A DNA stretch of 64,000 nt from Candidatus Fermentibacterota bacterium (GCA_963845085.1 CAWJQI010000004.1:736001-800000); one strand, 5' to 3'; positions 27,928 to 37,839 are shown, counted from the first letter of the stretch. The notes: generated from the sequence alone by a model not told the origin. Translations and numbers: made by a program.

Positions 27928-29301
27928 ATGAGGGCAATTCTTGCAGTACTTGTCATAGCGGCGGCGGCGGTCGCTCAGTGTCCCTTGCGGTTAACCCCTG
28001 CCGAAGCCTGTCATGAAGGCGCCGCAAGGTGCGCACTCTACGTCGACGCCAACGGAGACCAGCGCTGCGACAACCCGGGTCCCCAGCCAGTGATCGACCC
28101 CGAGCCGGAGCCTGAGCCTGAGCCGGAAACTGAACCCGAGAACCCTGTTGTCGAGGAGGGTCCAGATGACCCCGAGCCCGAGCCGGAGCCCGTTCAGCAA
28201 ACTGTAACAGAAACCACCGAACCACGCCCCGAGGATGTTGAAGAAAGCGCGCCGGCCGACTCTGTCAGGGTTGAACCTGAAGATATCGAGGTTACTGACA
28301 GTCTGGCCGTAGCTCCCGAGACGTCCGGCTTTACAGGATGCCCTCTTGGCTACATTCCGGAAGAGGCTTGCACCATTACGGCGCCGGGGTGCGCGTTGTT
28401 CACCGATACAGATGGTGACGGCAGGTGCGACAACCCCGCAGCGCCTGCGGAAACGCTTCCGGACAGCACCGAGGCTGTAACGGTGATCGGTTGCCCCCTG
28501 GGTCTTCCCCCCGAGGCTGCATGCCCGGGCGAACTTGCGTTATGCCCCCACTGGCTGGGGCAATCCACTGCAGTTCAATGCTCAAACCCTTCGGCCGGGA
28601 GCAGGCGGGTCTACATCGCCTTGATCGCCCTGGCAGTCTTGATGAGCCTTTCCACAGTTCTCAGCAGGCGTCTGAGAGGGAGAAAACTTGCAGAGCGGCT
28701 TCGTCGCAGCATAGCCCACAAGACCGTGCACGGGCTGAGCCTGATCGTTCTGGGTTTCGGCATTCAGGGCTGCTTCTGCCCGCTCGGAACATTCCAGTAT
28801 GCTTTCATGAAGGATGGGCTGGTGTTTCTGGGATGGGCAGGGGTCGCGCTCCTCGCAATTCCCTTCCTGTTTGCGGCATTCTTCGGCAGGATCTTCTGCT
28901 GCTGGGTCTGCCCCATGGGCGCAATGCAGGAGCTCGCATATCACATTCCATCCCCCGGAAAGCTCAACCCCAGGGGAAGGGTGAGCAGGGCTTTCGGCCG
29001 TTTCAGGTTCGTTGTTCTGGGCGCACTTCTAACGGTGCTCCTGCTCAACCGGTTTGAAATGATGCACTCCCAGTGGCCGGCGGTTTTCTGCAGGATCGAT
29101 CCCTTCCACACCATTTTCACGCTCTTTCTCACGGGGAGCATGATGGCTGCGGGTGTTACCCTGCTTCTGTCCGTGTTCGTGAGAAGGTTCTTCTGCAGGT
29201 ACCTGTGCTTCCTCGGCGCCGCGCTCAGTTTGTTGACCCCGCTGAGGCTCTACAGCCGCATCACCGGGAAGAAACCCCTCAAGACCAACTGCGAGATCTG
29301 A
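27928..29301 (+). CDS. NapH/MauN-like 4Fe-4S-binding membrane protein with exported Cys-rich repeats
   Basis: CFCPLG, GRIFCCWVCPMG, FCRIDPF, RFFCRYLC; signal peptide; three CPL...C...C...C.NP repeats. Confidence 0.8.
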   Translation: MRAILAVLVIAAAAVAQCPLRLTPAEACHEGAARCALYVDANGDQRCDNPGPQPVIDPEPEPEPEPETEPENPVVEEGPDDPEPEPEPVQQTVTETTEPRPEDVEESAPADSVRVEPEDIEVTDSLAVAPETSGFTGCPLGYIPEEACTITAPGCALFTDTDGDGRCDNPAAPAETLPDSTEAVTVIGCPLGLPPEAACPGELALCPHWLGQSTAVQCSNPSAGSRRVYIALIALAVLMSLSTVLSRRLRGRKLAERLRRSIAHKTVHGLSLIVLGFGIQGCFCPLGTFQYAFMKDGLVFLGWAGVALLAIPFLFAAFFGRIFCCWVCPMGAMQELAYHIPSPGKLNPRGRVSRAFGRFRFVVLGALLTVLLLNRFEMMHSQWPAVFCRIDPFHTIFTLFLTGSMMAAGVTLLLSVFVRRFFCRYLCFLGAALSLLTPLRLYSRITGKKPLKTNCEI

Positions 29302-30135
29302 TCAGGGAACGCAGACAAGTCTGACCGGGGTGATGTTCTCGTCTCCGACGAAACGCGCCAGGTAGACACTGGGAGTATCCGCCGTGAATACGGCAAACCC
29401 TGGGGAAAGGTCAAGGCGTTCTACAAGCCTGCCGGAGATATCGAAGACCTCAATGCCTGACCCCGGCCCCGCTCCTTCAACTGAAAGTACTACGCTTCCC
29501 GAGAACGGGTTGCGATCTGTCAGGATGGCAGGCGGACCCGGAATCCCCCGGGTTTCCTCTTCAATGCCGGTCTCTTCATACTGAAGCTCGACCCAGTCCC
29601 AATGGGCATTGGTTTCTCCTGCAGCGATGCCCCACTCCCCGGTCTGCACCGCCGCTTCGCTGGATGCGTACAGAAGCCATGTCTGGGATGACTGAACGTG
29701 TTCAATGCTCAGTGACATTTCCGGACCAATGCATGTGAAGGTCAGAAGGTAGTCTCCCTCGGGAAAATCAACGTTCAGTGAGTTGTAGATGGTTGAGATT
29801 GAGCCGTTGCTCACCTGTCTGATCCGAGCCACGTTGTAATCGACTGAAACGTACGCGTACACGCCGGTGTTGAGATTGTCGAGACGGGCGATAACGCCAA
29901 AGGTGTGATCGCCTGATCCGAAAACACTGATGGAACCATCCTGTGTCTGGATCTGACCGGGAAATACCATTGCGCTGCAGGTGTTGTACGTCTGGCAGTT
30001 GACCATGCCGCCGGATAAATACCAGTAAGCCGTTCCGCAACGGGCTGTCCAGCCGGAAATGTCGCTGAAATCTTCATACACCGTCACTGCGTATGAAAGC
30101 GAGATGCAAAGGATGGCAACCATCAAATACTTCAT
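29302..30135 (-). CDS. Secreted protein with T9SS-like CTD
   Basis: Signal MKYLMVAILCISLSYA; RNPF...VFDISGRLV...VYLAR. Confidence 0.7.
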   Translation of the reverse strand: MKYLMVAILCISLSYAVTVYEDFSDISGWTARCGTAYWYLSGGMVNCQTYNTCSAMVFPGQIQTQDGSISVFGSGDHTFGVIARLDNLNTGVYAYVSVDYNVARIRQVSNGSISTIYNSLNVDFPEGDYLLTFTCIGPEMSLSIEHVQSSQTWLLYASSEAAVQTGEWGIAAGETNAHWDWVELQYEETGIEEETRGIPGPPAILTDRNPFSGSVVLSVEGAGPGSGIEVFDISGRLVERLDLSPGFAVFTADTPSVYLARFVGDENITPVRLVCVP

Positions 30136-30301
30136 GACCGAACTCCCTTCGGTTATCTTTATATGCATATGTATAAATCATTTCATCACTCTTCTGTATT
30201 GAATAGCATTTGGTAACACGCCGGTCAAGTGCATTTCCAGCACTGCTTTTCCTTGCTTTACCTTTGAACCGTATATTCCATGGAACAGCTTAGGAGGAAT
30301 C

Positions 30302-31030
30302 TTGTCCGACCCAAGAATCAAGGGAGAGAAGGGACGAAGCCCTTTTCAGGAAGTATTCGGAAATATGCCTTTGGTGACCGATTCTGCAGCTGCAAACATC
30401 GACTATGACAGCTACTGGCAGAACCGGATCAGGGAAGGTGTTGTTACCGAGCCCTCAATACGGCGCGCCAGCGGAATCCTCGATCTGATTTCACAGGGAG
30501 ATTCGGTGCTGGATGTAGGCTGTGGAACCGGCGAGACCCTTGAATACCTTCGAGCTGAAAGGTTGATCCATGGAACCGGTGTTGACATCTCCGAAGTGGC
30601 ACTCGATTCAGTCAAACGGAAAGGGTTCGATACCCTCTGTTCCGATTTTACACAGAGTGACACGATCATCGAAGGCGAGTGGGATCACATAATCCTGTTC
30701 GAACTTGTCGAACATGTACAGGATGCCGAAATCCTGATCTCAAAACTGAAGGGTCATTACCGAAAAGGTCTTTATGTAACAACACCGAACCTTGGTTACA
30801 TGGCTCACAGGCTCAGGCTGTTGTTCGGACGCTTTCCCGTCACTTACATTCGCGACCCGAGAGAGCATGTACGATTCTGGAGTGTTAAGGACTTCATCTG
30901 GTGGTCCGGTGCTTTGGGTTTTCCCGCCCCTGTGGTGAGGGGATTGAGAGGCAGACCGAACGTGTTTGCCCTTCCCCGGAGATGGCCCTCAATGTGGGCC
31001 AGCGAAGTGGTTTACTGCTTCGGAAAATAG
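30302..31030 (+). CDS. SAM-dependent methyltransferase (MetW-like)
   Basis: VLDVGCGTG, ELVEHV, TTPN...RLRLLFGRFP. Confidence 0.85.
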   Translation: MSDPRIKGEKGRSPFQEVFGNMPLVTDSAAANIDYDSYWQNRIREGVVTEPSIRRASGILDLISQGDSVLDVGCGTGETLEYLRAERLIHGTGVDISEVALDSVKRKGFDTLCSDFTQSDTIIEGEWDHIILFELVEHVQDAEILISKLKGHYRKGLYVTTPNLGYMAHRLRLLFGRFPVTYIRDPREHVRFWSVKDFIWWSGALGFPAPVVRGLRGRPNVFALPRRWPSMWASEVVYCFGK

Positions 31031-31112
31031 TGCTTTCCTGCCCCCTCTTGACCCCCGACCGGGGATTCGCTAATTCATGGGCCTGATAATGCCTTTCAAA
31101 GGGGGGGAAGAT

Positions 31113-33017
31113 ATGAGGGAGACCTGGGGAAGCAAACGGGCCTTCATTCTGGCGGCGATCGGAAGCGCCATCGGGCTCGGAAACATCTGGAGATTTCCAT
31201 ACATCGCCTACGCCAACGGTGGCGGCGCCTTTCTTGTGGCCTACTTCGCATGCCTGTTCGTGGCGGGAATTCCTGTGCTGATGCTTGAGTTCGGCCTGGG
31301 TCACAGGTACAGGCAGGCTGCTCCCGGTGCCTTTCGTAGCATCAAACCTTCGCTTGAGTGGTTCGGCTGGATGGCGGCACTGTTGTCCTTCGCAATAGTT
31401 GTTTACTACGCCATCATCATGGCCTGGTGTGTGAACTACACTTACGAGGCCGCCACACTCGGCTGGAAGCAGGAACCCGGGCTTTATGCCGATCCGGCTG
31501 CAGCCGTCTCAACCACTGATCTTGCTGATATGCAGGTTCTCACCCCAGTTCCTCCCGAGATGGGTGGTACGCCATTTGTTTCTTCAGTAAGCGGGGCAAC
31601 TGGGGTGGTTGTACCGGAACCCACAACTCTTGTTTCCAGCGACGGGGCCATCTACGGGTTCGCAAACCGGTCGCAGGCGGAGGCATTCGCGGCGGATCCC
31701 TTCCGGAATGAGCTGTGCGCGCTGGCGTCAGCGGAAGGCGCCGGAACGCGCATCCTCACGGATATCCCTGCGGAACTCCTCGGCAGACCCTATGTGTCGC
31801 CTGTTGACGGATCGGCAGGCGTGGTCAGGAACATCTCCACGATTCTTGTTGCCTTCGACGGCAAGCTCTATGCTTTTGACAGCGTTGATGAGGCCAGCAC
31901 CTTCATGGGCTCGCCCGGAGATTTCTTCTACAACAGGTTCCTCGGGCTCACCTCGAAGCCGTGGGATTTCGGAACATTCCGCTGGCCGCTTCTCGTTGGT
32001 TTCATCGTGTCATGGGTATGGATAATCGCAAGCATATGGAAAGGAACCAAGACGGTGGGGCGTGTTGTCTACTACACCGTCATCATCCCGTGGGTGCTGC
32101 TGCTGGTGTTCATAATAAGGGGCGTTACACTGCCGGGGGCGGGTGTCGGGCTTGCCTATTACCTCACACCCGATTGGGCGCGGCTTCTCAGCGGTGATAT
32201 CTGGCTTGCGGCGCTGACCCAGGTTTTCTTCAGCCTGAGCGTCGGGTTCGGTGTGATGATAGCCTACGGCAGCTTCCTTCCGAAGAAGACAGACATAGCG
32301 GGGAGCGCGTTCATAATCGGAATTGCCGACTCGCTCACCGCCTTCTGCTGCGGAATAGCGGTGTTCAGCGCTCTCGGATTCCAGGCGGCACGGCTCGGTG
32401 TTCCTGTAAGCGAGGTTGTCAAATCCGGTCCGGGGCTTGCTTTCGTGGCCTATCCGCACATCATCACAAGCCTGCCCGCTGCTCCCGTATTCGGGGTGCT
32501 GTTTTTCCTCATGCTCCTCACCCTGGCAATTGATTCTGCATTCAGCCTTGTCGAGGGGGTGACATCATCCCTGAAGGACAAGTGGGGGCTGTCGCACAGG
32601 AAGGTCAACCTCATGGTGGGAACGGCGGCGTTCATCTTCGGGTTGCCGATGCTCTCAGGTGCGGGGTTGTACATCCTGGACATAGTTGACCACTTCATGA
32701 ACAGCGTTGCGCTGGTTCTTGTTGTTCTGGGGCAGCTCATAATCGTCGGCTGGGCCCTGTCCGCCGAGAAGATGCGCACCTACATCAACGCAAACTCGTC
32801 GATAAGGACAGGCTGGTGGTGGAACACAAGCATCAGGTGGATCATCCCGATGGGAATGATCTGGATGCTTGCAAGCGAGCTTCAGGCCAGGGGGGCATCC
32901 GCATACGGGAATTTCGGCCTTCGTAGCCAGGAATTCATCCTGGGGTGGCTTGTGGTGATGCTGCTTCCCGTGCTGGGCGACGTTTTTGCGTCACGAAAGG
33001 GAACCTGGAAGGACTAG
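31113..33017 (+). CDS. Na+-dependent transporter, NSS/SNF family
   Basis: GSAIGLGNIWRFPY, NGGGAF, QVFFSLS.GFG, GPGLAFVAYP. Confidence 0.92.
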   Translation: MRETWGSKRAFILAAIGSAIGLGNIWRFPYIAYANGGGAFLVAYFACLFVAGIPVLMLEFGLGHRYRQAAPGAFRSIKPSLEWFGWMAALLSFAIVVYYAIIMAWCVNYTYEAATLGWKQEPGLYADPAAAVSTTDLADMQVLTPVPPEMGGTPFVSSVSGATGVVVPEPTTLVSSDGAIYGFANRSQAEAFAADPFRNELCALASAEGAGTRILTDIPAELLGRPYVSPVDGSAGVVRNISTILVAFDGKLYAFDSVDEASTFMGSPGDFFYNRFLGLTSKPWDFGTFRWPLLVGFIVSWVWIIASIWKGTKTVGRVVYYTVIIPWVLLLVFIIRGVTLPGAGVGLAYYLTPDWARLLSGDIWLAALTQVFFSLSVGFGVMIAYGSFLPKKTDIAGSAFIIGIADSLTAFCCGIAVFSALGFQAARLGVPVSEVVKSGPGLAFVAYPHIITSLPAAPVFGVLFFLMLLTLAIDSAFSLVEGVTSSLKDKWGLSHRKVNLMVGTAAFIFGLPMLSGAGLYILDIVDHFMNSVALVLVVLGQLIIVGWALSAEKMRTYINANSSIRTGWWWNTSIRWIIPMGMIWMLASELQARGASAYGNFGLRSQEFILGWLVVMLLPVLGDVFASRKGTWKD

Positions 33018-34123
33018 TACCCCCCCAGCGCAGGACAGGTCGAGCAGTCCGACGAGACGCATTCGAGATCGGCCCGGATGAGATAGCTGAAACCGGAATC
33101 GGGTTCGCACCGGTATCCGAAACCGGTCACGTACTGGAAAACGATGCCTGACCTTTCGGTATCGTACGGTTCGTACTCCACCGCGAACAATCGGAATCTG
33201 CGCGCCTCGGCCTCCAGCACCGCCTGCTGCTGCCAGTCTGAAAGAACAGCTTCCGACCTGTGATCGAACCACCAGGGGCCGATGACACCGGACAGCTCCG
33301 GGATCCTGCCGAGCGCTTCCAGCCAATCCGTGGTGTCGGCTGAAACCACGACCATCGGGGGCATTTCAGCTCCGGAAAGGTCTTCCGCGAGTTCGAGCCC
33401 CCTGTCGCCCGCCATGCCGGTGAAGGTCAGAAGGTAAAGGGTATCCTGGTCCGTGGCGCTCCAGACGCCGGACCGGTCGTTCTGCGGTTCGACAAGCAGG
33501 GGGTCGGCAGGCTGCGAATAGTACGCCGCAAGCCCCCTGATGCCGATGACCATGAAGTACACGGCCACGAATACGGCGAGTACCCTGGCGGCCGCCGTGA
33601 ACCATTTTCTGGCCGTGAAAAGACCGGCGATGGAAAGCGGCAGCATGTAGACCGTTGTTCCAAAGAAGAATCCCGCAAACAGAAGCGCGCCGCTCAGCGC
33701 GCCTCCCGCATCGAACGCGCTTGTGAGGGCAATAAGGAATGCCGGGCATAACGAGAAGCCTGTGAGAATGCCAAGAAGGAAGGGGCTGCCCGTAAACTTC
33801 GTCCAGCGGGATACACCGCAGCCCCCGCACTTTTTATTAACCCTCAGGGTGCTGATCAGAAGAAAGATGCTGAACAGGATGTAGCCCGCGAAGGAGAGGG
33901 GTATCCTGATACCGGATGGGATGCTCCCCCCGAGCATGCCGATGACTGCTCCGAAACAGACGTAGGCTGCGAACCTTCCCAGGTTCAGGGTGAGCAGGAC
34001 CAAGAGCGATTGTCTGCCGCTCCTCTTCTCGCTGAAGAGGTAAGCCGCGTAGACCGGACCGCACGAGGCCAGACAGGACACTCCCGTTGCGAGTCCGAGG
34101 CTCAGCCCCTCAGCAAGCGCCAC
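33014..34123 (-). CDS. DsbD_2 / TauE-SafE-like membrane protein with soluble Cys-containing C-domain
   Basis: CLASCGP, NLGRF..Y, G.LTGFSLCP, FFFGT; C-terminal C..SDCSTCP. Confidence 0.7.
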   Translation of the reverse strand: MALAEGLSLGLATGVSCLASCGPVYAAYLFSEKRSGRQSLLVLLTLNLGRFAAYVCFGAVIGMLGGSIPSGIRIPLSFAGYILFSIFLLISTLRVNKKCGGCGVSRWTKFTGSPFLLGILTGFSLCPAFLIALTSAFDAGGALSGALLFAGFFFGTTVYMLPLSIAGLFTARKWFTAAARVLAVFVAVYFMVIGIRGLAAYYSQPADPLLVEPQNDRSGVWSATDQDTLYLLTFTGMAGDRGLELAEDLSGAEMPPMVVVSADTTDWLEALGRIPELSGVIGPWWFDHRSEAVLSDWQQQAVLEAEARRFRLFAVEYEPYDTERSGIVFQYVTGFGYRCEPDSGFSYLIRADLECVSSDCSTCPALGGY

Positions 34124-34147
34124 CGACTCCCCTTTCCGGGTTGAGGC

Positions 34148-35353
34148 CTAAATGTGCGCCGCAGGGTAGAAGGCCAACCCGCCCTGAAAGGAGTTCCAGA
34201 CTTCAGTGTACTCCAGTTCGGAGGCCTGGCGGCGAAGAAGGAACCATGCGGACAGACCGTTCTTCATCCTGTATTCCAGCCCCCCGCCGAAGGTTTCACG
34301 CCTGCGGGTGCCGCCTGTGCCGGGAATGCTGCTGGGACCCTCCCAAATTCTTCCGTTCACGAGAACCGAAAGACCCCTGTAGACACCAACCCTGGCTTCC
34401 ATCTCCCCGAAGCGGGTGCGGATGAAGCTGTCGGTGTTCTGGCCGTAAAAACTGATGCTGGAAGGTTGTTCTCCCCATCCGGCGAATGCGTACCTGAGCC
34501 TCGCGCCAACCTGGTAAGCCGCGAGCCTTGTAACATCGTCATCGAAATCGATGGTCTGGCACACCGTGAAGTTGAAGGTGAGGTTCCTGGCAAGCGTTTG
34601 AACCGCCCGCATCCTTGCGGTAGCCCTGTCGGGGAGCGGGGTTCCGTTGTGGTCGTCGCCGCTCTGAACCGACCATGCCAGGTCGGCCATGACCTGGGTC
34701 TGTGTGGGAAGGGTGCGGGGAGCGAGTGATGCGGCGAAGTTCAGCCTGCCGTAGGACTCGTCAAAGGCAGTTTCATCGATTACAGTGCTGTGCGACAAAC
34801 CGCTCACGCCCAGATCGACGCCCAGCGGAGTGAACCAGGTGACCCCGCCACCAGCCCTTGTTTCGGCCCAGGAAAGGTCCTGCCCGTCCTGGTCCAACAC
34901 GCTTCTGTCCCAGTAGCGTCCGAAGGCATTGAGCTTCACAGTTCCAGGAATCTCCCAGCCCAGGTTCAGTCCGGGCCTTACAGAGCTCGAACGCTCCCCG
35001 ATCCCCTCGGAGCGGGGAAGGACGACACCGGAACTGTCGAAATCGGTTGTGAAACGGAAATCCGGCCGAACCGTGAAACCACCTGCACTGTAACGTACCG
35101 AAAGTGTTGTCTCGGAGCGGTTCCGGGAAAAGCGGGGAAGCGCCGCATTGTCTTCGGATGCTTTCCGGTATGTCTGGTCAAGCTGGAAATGCCACGGCCC
35201 CTGGAACACCCGGACACCGGCGGAAGCGTCAAGGTAGGATCCGCCCCCGTAATTCACGCTGTCGCCCGCAACGGCAATGCGGGCGTACTCTTCCACACCG
35301 AGAGCCATGCAGCTCGCGAGGAATCCCGACAGGAGTATGATGAGGGTTTTCAT
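34148..35353 (-). CDS. Putative outer-membrane beta-barrel protein
   Basis: Signal peptide; alternating amphipathic strands; aromatic-rich end GGLAFY. Confidence 0.6.
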   Translation of the reverse strand: MKTLIILLSGFLASCMALGVEEYARIAVAGDSVNYGGGSYLDASAGVRVFQGPWHFQLDQTYRKASEDNAALPRFSRNRSETTLSVRYSAGGFTVRPDFRFTTDFDSSGVVLPRSEGIGERSSSVRPGLNLGWEIPGTVKLNAFGRYWDRSVLDQDGQDLSWAETRAGGGVTWFTPLGVDLGVSGLSHSTVIDETAFDESYGRLNFAASLAPRTLPTQTQVMADLAWSVQSGDDHNGTPLPDRATARMRAVQTLARNLTFNFTVCQTIDFDDDVTRLAAYQVGARLRYAFAGWGEQPSSISFYGQNTDSFIRTRFGEMEARVGVYRGLSVLVNGRIWEGPSSIPGTGGTRRRETFGGGLEYRMKNGLSAWFLLRRQASELEYTEVWNSFQGGLAFYPAAHI

Positions 35354-35595
35354 CAGTACACCGCTCCCTTCGGGCATATCTCAACGCAACGGTAGCAGAG
35401 ACGGCAGAGGTTGGGATTGATCACGGCATCGCCATCCACAACCTCGATGGCGTTGTAGGGGCATACCTTTTCGCACTCGCCGCAACCTATGCAGAGATCG
35501 TTGTCCACCACCAGACCGGTGTTTTCCGTTGGAGGTCTGCAGGCGGCCATGACGAGCAGGACACCGATGATGAGCAGCTCAGTGAATCGCATCAT
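35353..35595 (-). CDS. 2[4Fe-4S] ferredoxin-like lipoprotein
   Basis: Lipobox MAAC; CIGCGECEKVCP, CRLCYRCVEICP. Confidence 0.8.
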   Translation of the reverse strand: MMRFTELLIIGVLLVMAACRPPTENTGLVVDNDLCIGCGECEKVCPYNAIEVVDGDAVINPNLCRLCYRCVEICPKGAVY

Positions 35596-35809
35596 ATGTG
35601 CACACCCCCTGACACAGCCCGCAGCCGATGCATGTTTCGGGATCAATGCTGGACTTGCCGCCTTCAACCTCTATGGCGTTCACGGGACAGACCCGCGAGC
35701 AATCCCCACAGCCCGAGCAGTTGTCGGGCTCGACCCAGTACCGAACCGCTCCCACGGCGATTGCAGCCGTGAGGCAGAGAACAAGAAGCATCCCCCCCCG
35801 AAAACGCAT
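35579..35809 (-). CDS. 2[4Fe-4S] ferredoxin-like protein with signal peptide
   Basis: Hydrophobic N-terminus; CSGCGDCSRVCP, CIGCGLCQGVCT. Confidence 0.8.
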   Translation of the reverse strand: MRFRGGMLLVLCLTAAIAVGAVRYWVEPDNCSGCGDCSRVCPVNAIEVEGGKSSIDPETCIGCGLCQGVCTYDAIH

Positions 35810-36225
35810 CAGTTCACCTCGAATTCGACATCTATCGGGGTTTCCTCTTCGTTCACCCCGTAAAGCTCAAGGTTTTCCTCACCAACGGTCACAATGGCGC
35901 CCACCGGGCACGATGCAACACAGGCGCCACAAAGAATGCACTTCTCGGGATCGATCCAGGCCTTGTTGTCTTCGGTTATGCTGATGGCGCCGACGGGGCA
36001 GGTGTTCACGCAGATTCGGCAGCCAATGCAGGTGTCGGGGTTGATTATGTAATCCTCGTTGAGCTCGACCGAGCTAACCCCGGGGGCAACCTCGGCCATG
36101 ACGCGGCCGAATGACTTGACCCGGATTGTATCGAATTCGCCCTCAACCGGTCCCCAGCTCAGGGTGAAAAGCCCGGCAGCCGCCACAGCCGCCACGACAG
36201 GAATGATCATAAGGTGTTTTTTCAT
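35809..36225 (-). CDS. Exported 2[4Fe-4S] ferredoxin-domain protein
   Basis: Signal MKKHLMIIPVVAAVAAA; CIGCRICVNTCP, CILCGACVASCP. Confidence 0.8.
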   Translation of the reverse strand: MKKHLMIIPVVAAVAAAGLFTLSWGPVEGEFDTIRVKSFGRVMAEVAPGVSSVELNEDYIINPDTCIGCRICVNTCPVGAISITEDNKAWIDPEKCILCGACVASCPVGAIVTVGEENLELYGVNEEETPIDVEFEVN

Positions 36226-36249
36226 TGTAAATCCTTTCGCTACGAAGGG

Positions 36250-37221
36250 TTACCTGTCGGGAGGGGGCGGAGGAACATCGGGCAGGGTTCCGGCAGGTAT
36301 CGCAAGCCTTCTCACGGCCTGATTGTGGGGATAACTCTCGTCGGGATTAATGACTTCATTGTAGTTCCAGCACTCAAGGAAGCACTGACCGCAGTTCACG
36401 CAGAGGTCGTAGTTGATATAGACCATGTACTTGTCGCCGTAGACGCCTTCAAGATCCTGCCAGATCGCGTCGTACGGGCAGGAGGGACCGGTGTAGACCC
36501 CGCTCTTGGTGTATTCATTCAGAAGGGAGCAACCGGATACACAGGTGCCGGTCGAGTCCGGGGCTGAAGGCGAACAGTGGAGACAGCCACCGGTGGGAAT
36601 ATGGTCGTAAATGTAGGTTACGATCTGCATGGGGACTGAGGAAACCTGCAGGTCTTCGGAGGCCTCGGCCTCGCCGAAGTAAGCCCTGATGCCCACATAA
36701 TAACCCTCTCCAAGGCGGCCGTCGGTTATGGCATCGACCGGGCAGGCATCGACACACAGCCCGCAGCTTCCGCAGAGCGCTTCGTCGATCACGGCAACAC
36801 CGTTCTGAATGGTGATGGCTCCGACTGGGCAGGCTGCCTCACAAAGCCCGCAGCCTATGCAGGTCTCGGGTATCACCTTGGGTTGCAGAAACACGAGAGC
36901 CGAGTCGGCAGGTGCGGATATCTCTGCGGCGATGATGGCGCTTTCCCAGTTGTCGAGCGTGATGGGTGCGGTGGAAATGCGCGCCTGATACCAGGAGGCT
37001 CCCTCGACAGGGGTGAAGTGGACAGTGAAGGCCCTGTACTCCCCCCCGCTGATCCATGTGTAGAACGAGCCGAGTTCCGGTGACATGGCGGTGAAGCCCG
37101 AATCCACCAGGACCGCTCCAGACTGGAGCACGGTGGGCGCCATGGGCCGGGGCGTCTCGGTGAGACAGGCCACCATCACGGCAAGAACCACGGCAAGGGC
37201 AACGAAAGATCCCTTGAGCAT
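36250..37221 (-). CDS. Multi-[4Fe-4S] lipoprotein
   Basis: Lipobox [39 protein letters not shown] plus an extra Cys cluster. Confidence 0.8.
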   Translation of the reverse strand: MLKGSFVALAVVLAVMVACLTETPRPMAPTVLQSGAVLVDSGFTAMSPELGSFYTWISGGEYRAFTVHFTPVEGASWYQARISTAPITLDNWESAIIAAEISAPADSALVFLQPKVIPETCIGCGLCEAACPVGAITIQNGVAVIDEALCGSCGLCVDACPVDAITDGRLGEGYYVGIRAYFGEAEASEDLQVSSVPMQIVTYIYDHIPTGGCLHCSPSAPDSTGTCVSGCSLLNEYTKSGVYTGPSCPYDAIWQDLEGVYGDKYMVYINYDLCVNCGQCFLECWNYNEVINPDESYPHNQAVRRLAIPAGTLPDVPPPPPDR

Positions 37222-37381
37222 TGCAGGCCCTCCATTTCAAAAACATGTTCCATCACATGTCGTAGTGTTCATCTACAGGTTCCGGTTCCCGGAGGGGACC
37301 TCGGAACCGCTATACTATCTTCACTGATTCGAACGGACGCAATGTTTCTGGAAACAATACGGATCAGCGCAAGGGAGCCGC

Positions 37382-37729
37382 ATGATGAGAATTGCTCTGG
37401 AACCGGAGTTGTCCCGCAAGAAGCTTTTCAACGGCGAGGGTGAGGCGCTGATCGAGAGCCTTTTTGCACCGGCCGACTTCAGCACGAAGGTCAGGCTGTG
37501 CGCACGCATAACCCTGCCCGCCGGTGCCTCGATCGGCCATCACGTTCACCAGGGGGAGGATGAGGTTTACTACATCCTTTCCGGAAAAGGTCGCGTGTTC
37601 GACGGGCAGGAAAGTTATGACGTCGAGCCCGGGTCGGCTGTTCTAACCCGCAGCGGCGAGGGACACGGGCTTTCGAACACCGGGCGCGACGACCTGGTGC
37701 TGCTGGCTGTGATCCCCTTGCAGCAGTAG
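37382..37729 (+). CDS. Cupin domain protein
   Basis: G.SIGHHVH..EDEVYYILSGKG; GEGHGL.N. Confidence 0.88.
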   Translation: MMRIALEPELSRKKLFNGEGEALIESLFAPADFSTKVRLCARITLPAGASIGHHVHQGEDEVYYILSGKGRVFDGQESYDVEPGSAVLTRSGEGHGLSNTGRDDLVLLAVIPLQQ

Positions 37730-37748
37730 TTATAGTACCCATCCCGGC

Positions 37749-37839
37749 GGAGGGGTGCCAGAGTGGTTGAACGGGACGGTCTCGAAAACCGTTGACTCCC
37801 TTTGGGGGTCCGTGGGTTCGAATCCCACCCCCTCCGCCA
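37749..37839 (+). tRNA. tRNA-Ser(CGA)
   Basis: Acceptor GGAGGGG/CCCCTCC, anticodon loop CTCGAAA, long variable arm, GGTTCGAATCC, CCA. Confidence 0.95.

Noticed and set aside
28098..28191. GAGCCN hexamer runs as a contingency microsatellite
   Set aside because: Imperfect and in-frame; encodes a Pro-Glu linker
36560..36600. CLHC as a heme c site
   Set aside because: Not CxxCH; no c-type cytochrome motif in this operon
37749..37839. Long-variable-arm tRNA as tRNA-Sec
   Set aside because: Anticodon is CGA, not TCA, and the acceptor stem is a normal 7 bp; it is tRNA-Ser
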